A DNA stretch of 39,884 bases from Candidatus Methylomirabilia bacterium. GTDB taxonomy: Bacteria > Methylomirabilota > Methylomirabilia > Rokubacteriales > CSP1-6. The DNA lies in assembly GCA_046758965.1 (NCBI GenBank), contig JBHIBG010000015.1, positions 1 to 39,884 of the forward strand, given 5' to 3'. Below the pieces are notes generated by a model. It saw nothing but the letters and a program-made list of their open reading frames with translations, had not been told where the DNA came from and searched no databases. A program made the position numbers and the translations under genes. The first letter of the stretch is position 1; every line of letters begins with the position of its first letter. Shown here piece after piece: positions 1-8,111 of this stretch.

Positions 1-15
1 GAGAGGAGAGAGAAG

Positions 16-150
16 ATGAGAGACTTTTTTTTGCGGCGCACCACTAAACATATGATGTCCATAGGCCTGTTGCGGGATCTTCTCGTCGCCGGTGCCACGG
101 GACTGGGGGTCTGTAGCTGGGGCATGCTCTTCGCCCTGCTGGCGGCCTGA
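16..150 (+). CDS. Small putative membrane protein (44 aa, MRDFFLRRTTKHMMSIGLLRDLLVAGATGLGVCSWGMLFALLAA)
   Basis: AGGAG at 4-8, 7 nt before ATG16; open to TGA150; hydrophobic C-terminal half; followed by a GC stem-loop (about 154-177). Below the ORF-track size cutoff. Confidence 0.55.
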   Translation: MRDFFLRRTTKHMMSIGLLRDLLVAGATGLGVCSWGMLFALLAA

Positions 151-264
151 ACGGTCCGCCTAAGGCCGAGGCGGGCACCTAGGAGCGTATCTGAGCTGCC
201 CCAGGCTCTGCTGCCAGGCCGCCACCGCCCCCTGTCGTCCGTTGCTGAGGGATAGAATAGGGAC

Positions 265-1851
265 GTGAGGTGGGAGGAGTTCTGCGCCCTCTGCCGGGAG
301 CTCGAAGCCACGCGGAGCCGGCTGGCCAAGACGGCTCTCGTAGCGGAGTTCCTTCGCCAGTTGACCGCAGAGGAAATCCCGTGGGCGGTAGCCTTCCTGA
401 CGGGGCGTCCGTTTCCGGCCTCGGACTCACGGGTCCTGGAGATAAGCTGGGCGACCCTCTCCGAGGCGCTCGACTCGGTCGGCCCCGCCGCGCCCGCCTC
501 AAGCCTCACCCTCCTGGCGGCGGCTCGCGCCTTCGAGGGGGTGGCGGCGGCTTCAGGACCGGGCTCGCGGCGGGTCAAGAGTGAACGGCTCGCAGATCTG
601 CTCCGCCGGGCGACCGATGAGGAGCGGGGGATCCTTCAACGGGTCCTGCTGGGAGAGATGCGGATTGGAGTTCAGGACGGCCTGCTTCAGGAGGCGGTAG
701 CGCGAAGCTCGGGTACCGATCTGGAGCTGGTCCGGCGGGCCTCGCTCTTCCTGAGCGATCTCTCCGAGGTCTGCCGAATCGCCCTCACAGAGGGGCTCCG
801 GGGTCTCGAGCAGGTGGGGGCCCGTTGCTTCGTCCCGCTCCTCCCCATGTTGGCCGAGCTTGCTGAGAGTTTTGCGGAGGTCTTCGAGGCCCATCGGGGC
901 CGGACCGCGCTGGAGTTCAAGTACGACGGCGCCCGGATCCAGCTCCACAAGGCAGGAGACGAGATACGGATCTGGAGCCGCCGCCTGACGGAGGTCACCC
1001 CCAGCCTGCCCGAAGTCGTGGAGACTGCCCGCCGTGATCTCTCCGGGGACCCCTTCGTCCTGGACGGGGAGGTGGTAGCGGTCAGGTCTGACGGCCGGCC
1101 GCTCCCGTTTCAGGAGCTGATGCAGCGCTTCCGGCGGATTCACGACGTCGAGACCACGGCGCGGGAGGTCCCCTTGTCCCTCTATCTCTTCGACTGCCTC
1201 ATGGCCGATGGCCGGTTGCTCGTTGACCAGTCCTATGAGGTGCGCTGGCATGCCCTCGAACGCCTGACCGGGGGAAGCTACCTGGCGCGGCGGACAATCC
1301 CCGAGCACCCGCGCGCCGCGGAGGCGTTCCTCGCCGAGGCGCTCACGGCCGGCCACGAGGGGGTGATGGCGAAGGCGCTGGACAGCCCCTACGCGCCGGG
1401 CAGCCGGGCCAAGCGCTGGTTCAAGGTCAAGTTCGTCAAGAGCGTGGACTGCGTCATCGTGGCCGCCGACCGGGGCTCGGGACGGCGGCGCGGCTGGCTC
1501 TCCAACTACCACCTGGCGGTCGCTGATGGGGCCGGCGGCTTCGCCCCGGTGGGGAAGACCTTCAAGGGACTGACCGATCAGGAGTTCAAGGCCATGACAC
1601 TCCGACTTCAGGACCTCGCCGTTGACGACGACAGCTTCACCGTGGCTGTGAGGCCGGAGGTCGTGGTGGAGGTGACGTACAACGAGATCCAGAAAAGTCC
1701 TCAGTACCCCTCCGGCTTCGCGCTCCGCTTTGCCCGCATCACCCGCATCCGGGAGGACAAAGGGCCGGAGCAGATCAGCACGCTCGCGGAGCTCCGGGCA
1801 CTCTACCAGCAACAAGGCGCCTCTGCCGAGCGCGCCCCTCGCGTGCCTTGA
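265..1851 (+). CDS. ligB: ATP-dependent DNA ligase (LigB/archaeal-type: N-terminal DNA-binding, adenylation and OB domains)
   Basis: Motif I EFKYDGAR, III VLDGEVV, IIIa LYLFDCL, IV EGVMAK, V WFKVK, VI ALRFARITRIREDK; GTG start. Confidence 0.95.
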   Translation: MRWEEFCALCRELEATRSRLAKTALVAEFLRQLTAEEIPWAVAFLTGRPFPASDSRVLEISWATLSEALDSVGPAAPASSLTLLAAARAFEGVAAASGPGSRRVKSERLADLLRRATDEERGILQRVLLGEMRIGVQDGLLQEAVARSSGTDLELVRRASLFLSDLSEVCRIALTEGLRGLEQVGARCFVPLLPMLAELAESFAEVFEAHRGRTALEFKYDGARIQLHKAGDEIRIWSRRLTEVTPSLPEVVETARRDLSGDPFVLDGEVVAVRSDGRPLPFQELMQRFRRIHDVETTAREVPLSLYLFDCLMADGRLLVDQSYEVRWHALERLTGGSYLARRTIPEHPRAAEAFLAEALTAGHEGVMAKALDSPYAPGSRAKRWFKVKFVKSVDCVIVAADRGSGRRRGWLSNYHLAVADGAGGFAPVGKTFKGLTDQEFKAMTLRLQDLAVDDDSFTVAVRPEVVVEVTYNEIQKSPQYPSGFALRFARITRIREDKGPEQISTLAELRALYQQQGASAERAPRVP

Positions 1852-1876
1852 CCCCTTCTCACCCCTCCCGTACAAT
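1848..1876 (+). promoter_or_regulatory. sigma70-type promoter TTGACC-17-TACAAT
   Basis: TTGACC 1848-1853, 17-nt spacer, TACAAT 1871-1876; GTG at 1884 lies 7 nt downstream. Confidence 0.75.
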
Positions 1877-1883
1877 CGCGCCC

Positions 1884-2768
1884 GTGACTTCGCGCGTCTC
1901 GACCGGGATTCCGCGCCTCGACGAGCTGCTTGGAGGGGGGCTCCTGCCGGGCACGCTCGCCGTGGTGTACGGGGCGACCGGGATCGGCAAGACTCACTTC
2001 GGTCTCACCTTCGCCCACCACGGGCTCGCCGTGGATCGAGCGCCCGGTCTCGTCTTCGACATGAACGCCCGGGGCGACTCCCAGCAGCATCACGCCTACG
2101 CCGAGCGGCTGTTCGGCTGGGCGCTCGGGCGCTGGACGCACACAGTGAGGCCGATGGCGAACCCATACCCCCCTGACGGGACCCTCGCCGACTGCTATTC
2201 CAACGCCTTCCCGTGGACGGGGAAGATCAGCGACTACCAGGTGCCCACGCCTGGCGGCTCGGAGTTCGACTGGAGCTGGAAGGGCGCCTATAACCGCGCC
2301 CTTTACACGGTCCGCCCATTCTTCTACTTCCACTTCTGCGCGGGAGCGCGGAGGGTGGTGGTGGATGGCGTGGAGCCGACGGGTGCGCCCTCGGAGTCGA
2401 TTCAGCTCTTTCTCTTCGATGACCTCTACCGGAGGGTGATCCATCGGGAGGCCGAGACGTTCGGGATGGAGATCTGCCTGCCGGTCTGGAAGCACCGGGA
2501 GTTTATCGATGCCCACCGGTATGATCATCGGGCTGTGACGACGCTCCTTCTGGTCACCACTGAGGAGAGCCGTCTCGAAGACCTCATCGCCCGGAAGGTC
2601 GGAGCCGGCGATGTGGGGGCTGTGGCCAACACCGTCTTGGTGATGGGGAGCGAGCGCGTGGAGCGGCGACTCGGGCGCTTTTGCTGCGTGGTCAAGCATC
2701 GGGGGAGCGCCATGTCGGAGGAGATCGTCGAGTACCGGATTACGGAGCGGGGGATCGAGTTCTCATAA
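1884..2768 (+). CDS. Single-domain KaiC/RAD55-like P-loop ATPase
   Basis: RVSTGIPRLDELLGGG N-terminal motif, Walker A GATGIGKT, Walker B RVVVDG, C-terminal VVKHRGS...YRITERGI. Start moved from 1848 to GTG1884, where the family motif begins. Confidence 0.85.
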   Translation: MTSRVSTGIPRLDELLGGGLLPGTLAVVYGATGIGKTHFGLTFAHHGLAVDRAPGLVFDMNARGDSQQHHAYAERLFGWALGRWTHTVRPMANPYPPDGTLADCYSNAFPWTGKISDYQVPTPGGSEFDWSWKGAYNRALYTVRPFFYFHFCAGARRVVVDGVEPTGAPSESIQLFLFDDLYRRVIHREAETFGMEICLPVWKHREFIDAHRYDHRAVTTLLLVTTEESRLEDLIARKVGAGDVGAVANTVLVMGSERVERRLGRFCCVVKHRGSAMSEEIVEYRITERGIEFS

Positions 2769-3631
2769 CTGCCGGCTTTCTCAAGCGCCTGCGGGACCGC
2801 CGCTTCCGTCGCCGCCCGGCCCTCCGAGTCGGGGGGGCGCGGAGTGCCCTGGCCTTTGTCAACGCCGTCGGGTTCTGCTCCACCTTCTATCGCTTTCCCG
2901 AGGGCGTGCCCTGTCTCTGGGAAGCCGTTGTCGGGCGGCCTGACCCGCGCTGGCCCCGGCGCTCTCACCACGACCCCGGAATCGGCCTGACCTGGGATCT
3001 CAAGGAGCGGCTCCCGGCCGAGAGACAGGTCTACTACGGAAAGCTCCTGAAGGGCCGGCCTCTGCTGGTGGCCCTGGACCTCTTCCCCGCCTTCTACGCC
3101 CTGGTCCGGGGCCGGCAGCGGGCGCGTGACTACCGGGAGGAGTACGAGGCGGGCCGACTGTCGCTCACGGCCAAGCGGATCATGGACGCCCTGGTCCGGG
3201 AGCGCCCCCAGTACACGCGGGAGCTCCGGGCCAACAGTTTCATGCTCGAGCCCGCCAGGACCCGGGAGTTCGAGCGGGCCATGGCCGAGCTTCAGCAAGG
3301 GCTCTGGCTGGTCAAGACCGAGGAGCGCTATGAGCCCAGCTTCTCCTACCGCTGGGACCTCCTGGAGGCCTGGCTCCCCGAGGCTGCCGCTCACGGGCGG
3401 CGGCTTGCCCGCTCCGCTGCTGTTGAGCGCCTCCTGGAGCGCTACATGAATGCCGCGGTGTTCACGCGGGAGGGGTTGCTGGCGCGTCTCTTCGGCCTTC
3501 CCGCTGGCGAAGTCTCCCGCGCACTGGGGCGCCTGGTCAGGGCAAAGGCCCTCGTGGCCGATTGCGGGGTGCCCGGCTGGCCCGGTCGCTGGCTGGTCCA
3601 CGCCTCGGCACTCCACGGACGGCGGAGATGA
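2765..3631 (+). CDS. AlkZ/YcaQ-like winged-helix protein (putative crosslink-repair DNA glycosylase family)
   Basis: PCLWEAV, TWDLKERLP..RQVYYGKLLKGRPLLV, FERAMAELQ, FSYRWDLLE and LARLFG segments resemble AlkZ-like winged-helix proteins. Start uncertain: ATA2765 or TTG2681. Confidence 0.6.
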   Translation: MTAGFLKRLRDRRFRRRPALRVGGARSALAFVNAVGFCSTFYRFPEGVPCLWEAVVGRPDPRWPRRSHHDPGIGLTWDLKERLPAERQVYYGKLLKGRPLLVALDLFPAFYALVRGRQRARDYREEYEAGRLSLTAKRIMDALVRERPQYTRELRANSFMLEPARTREFERAMAELQQGLWLVKTEERYEPSFSYRWDLLEAWLPEAAAHGRRLARSAAVERLLERYMNAAVFTREGLLARLFGLPAGEVSRALGRLVRAKALVADCGVPGWPGRWLVHASALHGRRR

Positions 3632-5151
3632 GGCGGAAAGCGTCAAGGACACACGCTGAGCCTCTTGGGGCCGTCGCCTTTTCCGCCTTCTCCCCGCATC
3701 ACCAGGCGCTTCTCCGGAGCCTGGCCGAGCTCCTGGGTCCGTCCAGGGATGCCTTCGTGGTCGGCGGGGCAATTCGCGACCTCCTCCTCTGCCGAGCTCC
3801 TCTCGGTGACCTGGATCTGGCCGTGCCGGTCGAGGCGCTCGAGACGGCGCAGGCTCTGGCAGAGCGCCTCGGCGGCCGGTACGTCTGTCTGGATGCCGCG
3901 CGCGGCGTGGGGCGGGTCGTGATCCGTTCGGATACCCAGTTCACCCAGGTTGACCTGACCGATTTCCGGGCCTCCTCACTCGAGGCGGACCTCCAGGGGC
4001 GCGATTTCACCATCGATGCGCTCGCAGCCTCGGTCCGGCGCCTGGTTGAAGACGGAGCCGCCAGAATCGCCGATCCCACCGGTGGGCTGGCTGATCTGGC
4101 CCGGCGCCGCCTGAGGTTGGCGGGGCCAGCATCTTTTCAGGAGGACCCCGCGCGTGCGCTCCGGGCTGTCCGCCTGGCCGGGTTACTGGGCTTCTCCTTG
4201 GATCCCGAGGTGGGACGGGCGGCTAGAGCGATAGCCTCCCGGCTCCGCAAGGTGGCGGCGGAACGGATCCGTGAAGAGCTGACAGGAATCCTCGCGCTGC
4301 CACGGGCGGGGGCCAGCCTTCGAGCGCTGGATCGACTGTCCCTGCTCCCCGCCATCCTCCCCGAGAGCGCTCCGATGAGGTCGGCCTCTCAGCCGGCGCC
4401 CCATCGGTTCTCTGTGTGGGAGCACTCGCTTAGGACGGTGGAGGCCGTGGACCGGCTCCTCGCCAATCTCAGCGTGCTGGCCCCGCACCGGGACCGGATC
4501 GCCGCGCACCTGGGGGACCGGCTGGGGGATTCCATGACCAGACAGGAGGTGCTGAAGCTCGCGGCCCTGCTGCACGACGTGGCAAAGCCCCAGACTCGTC
4601 AGGTGGTCAAGGGGCGGATCCGCTTCATCGGCCACGACCTGGCGGGTGCCGAGATGGCGAAGACGATCGCCCAGCGGCTCCGGCTCTCTTCTGAGGCAAC
4701 GGCGGTGCTGGCGAGGCTCGTGCGTCAGCACCTCCGGCTAATGCACCTGGGTCAGCTCGCGGAGGTGAGCCGGCGCGCCCGCTACCGGTTCTTCAGGGAT
4801 CTCGGCGACGAGGCTCAGGATCTGCTGCTGTTGACTCTCGCGGACGCGGCCGCGGTCCGGGGCCTGTCACCCGGCCGTGTGGGGCGGGGGGCTCTGGGCC
4901 GGTTGGTGGCCGGTTTTCTCGGTGGCTGGCAGGAAGACCGGCGGCAGGTGGCCGTGCCGCCGCTCCTCCGCGGCGAGGATGTGATGGCCGCCTTTGGCCT
5001 CGCTCCCGGACCCGGGGTGGGGCGGCTCCTGGGCGTGGCGCGTGAGGCTCAGGACCTGGGAGTGGTGAGAACTCGCGAGGAAGCGCTGGAATATCTGATC
5101 CGCCACGCCGATTCTGCTGTTGACACGCCCGAAGGCGGTCTTCTACCGTAG
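3628..5151 (+). CDS. Class II tRNA nucleotidyltransferase with HD domain (probably CC-adding type)
   Basis: VVGGAIRDLLL...DLDL, RDFTIDALA, EDPARALRAVR, ERIREEL, and HD-domain EHSL...LLHDVAKP...GHD; ATG3628 overlaps the upstream stop (ATGA). Confidence 0.88.
   Translation: MRRKASRTHAEPLGAVAFSAFSPHHQALLRSLAELLGPSRDAFVVGGAIRDLLLCRAPLGDLDLAVPVEALETAQALAERLGGRYVCLDAARGVGRVVIRSDTQFTQVDLTDFRASSLEADLQGRDFTIDALAASVRRLVEDGAARIADPTGGLADLARRRLRLAGPASFQEDPARALRAVRLAGLLGFSLDPEVGRAARAIASRLRKVAAERIREELTGILALPRAGASLRALDRLSLLPAILPESAPMRSASQPAPHRFSVWEHSLRTVEAVDRLLANLSVLAPHRDRIAAHLGDRLGDSMTRQEVLKLAALLHDVAKPQTRQVVKGRIRFIGHDLAGAEMAKTIAQRLRLSSEATAVLARLVRQHLRLMHLGQLAEVSRRARYRFFRDLGDEAQDLLLLTLADAAAVRGLSPGRVGRGALGRLVAGFLGGWQEDRRQVAVPPLLRGEDVMAAFGLAPGPGVGRLLGVAREAQDLGVVRTREEALEYLIRHADSAVDTPEGGLLP
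5120..5149 (+). promoter_or_regulatory. Putative tRNA promoter TTGACA-18-TACCGT, with a second -10 (TAGAAT) at 5206-5211
   Basis: Perfect -35 at 5120-5125 inside the 3' end of the nucleotidyltransferase gene; TAnnnT at 5144-5149. Confidence 0.5.
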
Positions 5152-5222
5152 AGGTGCCTGCCGGGCACGCCGGGAGCAGGGCTCGTGCCCGAGCGGGGGT
5201 TGGTGTAGAATACCGGTGAGAG

Positions 5223-5297
5223 GCGGGCGTAATTCAGGGGCAGAATGCCAGCTTCCCAAGCTGGACGTCGGCGGTTCGAATCCGCTCGCCCGCTCCA
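5223..5297 (+). tRNA. tRNA-Gly (anticodon CCC), CCA end encoded
   Basis: Acceptor GCGGGCG/CGCCCGC, D arm ATTC/GAAT, anticodon arm CCAGC-TTCCCAA-GCTGG, T loop TTCGAAT, discriminator T then CCA. Confidence 0.97.
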
Positions 5298-5381
5298 CTT
5301 CTCTCGCGGGGTTGTCCACCCGAGCCATCCCGCGGTTGCCTCGTGAGTTCCGGTTCTGCGTATGAAAGGAGGTAGGACCCG

Positions 5382-5615
5382 ATGGCCGCCGTCACGCTGA
5401 TTATCGCTGTCGTTGCCCTGGTGATCGCCATTCTCGCCTTCGTTCGGAGCGGCGGTATCAAGGATGTGCGGCGCCAGGTCGAGTTCATGAGCGGCAAGAC
5501 CGAAACGGCAAGGGACAGGACCGCCGATGTCCTGGACCGCCTCGAACGGTTCATCCGAGGCAAAGACAAGTCAGAGGGTGAGCAAGGTCCCGGCGGATCT
5601 TCGACTGCGGAGTAA
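5382..5615 (+). CDS. Small single-pass membrane protein
   Basis: Strong SD AAGGAGGT upstream; N-terminal TM helix (AVTLIIAVVALVIAILAFV) and charged helical tail. Confidence 0.75.
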   Translation: MAAVTLIIAVVALVIAILAFVRSGGIKDVRRQVEFMSGKTETARDRTADVLDRLERFIRGKDKSEGEQGPGGSSTAE

Positions 5616-5624
5616 CCCGCGGCA

Positions 5625-6038
5625 ATGCGCTGGCTGATTCTCTTGACGTTCCTGGCGGGCGTCGCGGTCGGTGTGAGCGGCACGCTCCTGGCGCCGCGCC
5701 TGACCGGTTCGTATCTGCCTGAGGTGATCCGAGGGAAGACCGAGCCGGTCGAGGGAGAGGTGGTGCGCAAGCTTAAAGAAGAAGAGCGGGTCCTGCTGAC
5801 CGTGCTGACCGATGACGGGGCGGTGCTCGCGACGTTCGAGCAACAGGTGACGCAAATCAACCTCCTCGTCGAGGAGGGGGATACGGTGACGCTCGCTCTC
5901 CGCGGGTATGAGCCGTTCGTCAACGATCCCGCGATCCAGCGGGTCAGGAAGCCGAAGCCCAGGTTCCCTCTCGAGGGCAGTGAGCCCCCGCCTCCACCGA
6001 CCGGACAGCGCGAGCCTGACGACAAGGCATCGCGGTAG
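5625..6038 (+). CDS. Hypothetical membrane-anchored/exported protein with a possible OB-like beta domain
   Basis: Hydrophobic N-terminus, beta-strand pattern (VEGEVVRK, VLLTVLT, GDTVTLAL), Pro-rich tail; 9 nt after the previous gene. Confidence 0.7.
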   Translation: MRWLILLTFLAGVAVGVSGTLLAPRLTGSYLPEVIRGKTEPVEGEVVRKLKEEERVLLTVLTDDGAVLATFEQQVTQINLLVEEGDTVTLALRGYEPFVNDPAIQRVRKPKPRFPLEGSEPPPPPTGQREPDDKASR

Positions 6039-6083
6039 AGTTACTCTCCTCGCCCGTCATCGCGAGATCCGGGTGGGGCTCCC

Positions 6084-8111
6084 TCAGTCGAATCTGCCTC
6101 TCGCCCCCGAGCGGATCGGGCGTATCTCGACGGTCGCACTCTCCTCGACGCCAAGGATGGCAAGGCCGGCCTCGGAGAGATGCCCGTGGTCGCCCGGGGT
6201 GGCGTCCACCTCGACCCAGCCCCGAAGCGGCGCCCCGCGCGGGGTCACGAACTCTACGATGTCGCCCTCATTGAGTCGGAGCCTGTTGGCGCTGGCTCGG
6301 GTGAGCCGGCAGACCCGGCGACCGGCCTTGTATTCGCGATCGTCCAGGTAACGCAACTGGATCGTGGGCCGGGCCAGCTCGAGTCGCTCCCGCAGTTTTC
6401 GGGTCTCTGCCTGGTCCACCACCCCCTCCCGGAGTGAGACTCCATACGCCCCTTCGGCCTTCCCCGGGCTGATCACCCCATCCGCCACATCCCGAGCCAC
6501 GAGGGCCGGGTCACGCTCCAGGGGATCGCCGTATGCCCCACCGCCGGAGGACTCCATGACCACGACGTCTCCCGCTCCGAGCGGAAAGCCGCTGACCTTG
6601 CCGGGGACGGCGGAGGGCTGGATCTCCTCGCCGTTCCGGATCACCGTGAAGCGGTTCGGGGCGCCGCGGCCGCCCCCGCAGACCCCGTACGGCGGCAACA
6701 CGGCTTTCTCTGCCAGGACCGAGAGCTGCGCCTGGGGAGCCAGGAGCCGCACTTCCCGCCGAAGCCCGAGCCCTCCGCGCCACCGGCCGTCACCTCCTGA
6801 ATCTGCTCTGAGGGTGAGCCGCTCCACGCGCAGCGGGTATTTCTGCTCCACCGCCTCGACGGGCTGAATCGTGGTGATGTCGCTCTCGGTGAACGTCCTG
6901 ACGGCGTTGTTCCCATCGCCGCCCTCGAAGGCGCCCGTACCGCCAGCGGGGTACTCATAGAAGATGAACGTGCTCCCTGTGCGGGGGTCCATCCCGCCCA
7001 CGTAGCAGTGGTTTCCGCCACCTTTGAGGTCTCCCGTCACCTTCCCCCTGGTCGCCTGGGCCAACGCGCCCATCACCGCCGATTCCACGGCGTACTTCAC
7101 TTCGACCATCCCGCCGCAGGGCGCGGGGAGCCGGGCGTTGACCACGGTCCCTTCGGGTGCGATCACCGTGAGCGGGCGGAAGGCGCCCGAGTTGATCTCT
7201 CCCCCGGGGTCGAGGAAGGCCTTGAGAATCGTGAAGGCACCCGTGGCGGCCATCGCCGGGCCGACGTTGGTGGGGCCGGCCGTCTGCGGCGCCGAGCCCG
7301 TGAGGTCGACGGTGACCGAGTCGCCCGCGACGGTGACCCGAGCCCGGATCAGGAGCGGCTCGAGGCGGTCGCGGCCGCCTTCGAGGTACGCCTCGTAGCG
7401 ATAGTCACCGTCCGGCAGCTCGCGGATCCGCTGCCGCATCCGCCGCTCCGCACGATCCAGAAGCTCCCGGATAGAGGCCCGGAGGGTCGAAACTCCATAG
7501 CGGGCCATGAGGCTCTCCACTCGTTCCGCGGCTTTCCTGCACGTCCCGACCATCGCCCGGAAGTCTCCCTCCCGATCCTTCGCGACGCGCATGTTGGCGA
7601 AGAGGAGGTCCAGCACAGCCTGGTTCGGGGAACCTCGCTCGTACACCTTGACCGGCGGGATCCGCACCCCCTCCTGGTAAATCTCGGTCACAGCTCCGGA
7701 GAGGCTCCCCGCCGTCATCCCGCCCACGTCGCCCCAGTGGGCGCGCACCACCGGGAAGAGAAAGAGCTGACCGTCGGCAAAGAGGGGGGAGATCATTGCC
7801 AGATCGTTCAGGTGGGTTCCCCCGGTGTACGGATCGTTGTGGAGGAAGATGTCACCCGGATGGATCTCCGTGCCGAACTTCTCCCGCACCGCTCGCATGG
7901 ACCAGGCAACGGGAACGATGTGGAGAGGATGATCCTGGCCCCGGGACATGGCGACGATCTGGGCGTCGGCGTCCATGAGAACGCAGGAGAAGTCCTCCCC
8001 CTCGTAGAGGATCGAGGAATAGGAGGTGCGCACCAGGTTCACGCGCATCTCCCGCACGATCGAGGAGAGCGCCTCACGGATGACCTCGAAGGTGATCGGG
8101 TCGATCGTCAT
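6084..8111 (-). CDS. hyuB: Hydantoinase B / 5-oxoprolinase subunit with C-terminal extension
   Basis: DPITFEVI, DFSC, PGDIFLHNDPYTGGTHLND, RAHWGDVGG, EIYQEG, DSGGDGRWRGGLG, GGGAYGDPLERDP motifs; ATGA-coupled to hyuA. Confidence 0.92.
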   Translation of the reverse strand: MTIDPITFEVIREALSSIVREMRVNLVRTSYSSILYEGEDFSCVLMDADAQIVAMSRGQDHPLHIVPVAWSMRAVREKFGTEIHPGDIFLHNDPYTGGTHLNDLAMISPLFADGQLFLFPVVRAHWGDVGGMTAGSLSGAVTEIYQEGVRIPPVKVYERGSPNQAVLDLLFANMRVAKDREGDFRAMVGTCRKAAERVESLMARYGVSTLRASIRELLDRAERRMRQRIRELPDGDYRYEAYLEGGRDRLEPLLIRARVTVAGDSVTVDLTGSAPQTAGPTNVGPAMAATGAFTILKAFLDPGGEINSGAFRPLTVIAPEGTVVNARLPAPCGGMVEVKYAVESAVMGALAQATRGKVTGDLKGGGNHCYVGGMDPRTGSTFIFYEYPAGGTGAFEGGDGNNAVRTFTESDITTIQPVEAVEQKYPLRVERLTLRADSGGDGRWRGGLGLRREVRLLAPQAQLSVLAEKAVLPPYGVCGGGRGAPNRFTVIRNGEEIQPSAVPGKVSGFPLGAGDVVVMESSGGGAYGDPLERDPALVARDVADGVISPGKAEGAYGVSLREGVVDQAETRKLRERLELARPTIQLRYLDDREYKAGRRVCRLTRASANRLRLNEGDIVEFVTPRGAPLRGWVEVDATPGDHGHLSEAGLAILGVEESATVEIRPIRSGARGRFD

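Noticed and set aside
553..1875. Long antisense ORFs (this one, and 7008-8252, 8240-9364, 14586-15539, 19979-20962, 23130-24116, 29855-31312, 31904-33073, 36505-37446)
   Set aside because: Shadow frames opposite well-supported genes in GC-rich DNA; no recognisable motifs or SDs
1884..2768. Circadian clock KaiC or RecA recombinase
   Set aside because: Single domain, no kaiA/kaiB nearby, no RecA-specific motifs; only superfamily membership is supported
5223..5297. tRNA-Gly as the attachment site of an integrated island
   Set aside because: No integrase, and I found no duplicated tRNA 3' end in the window; one outside the window cannot be excluded
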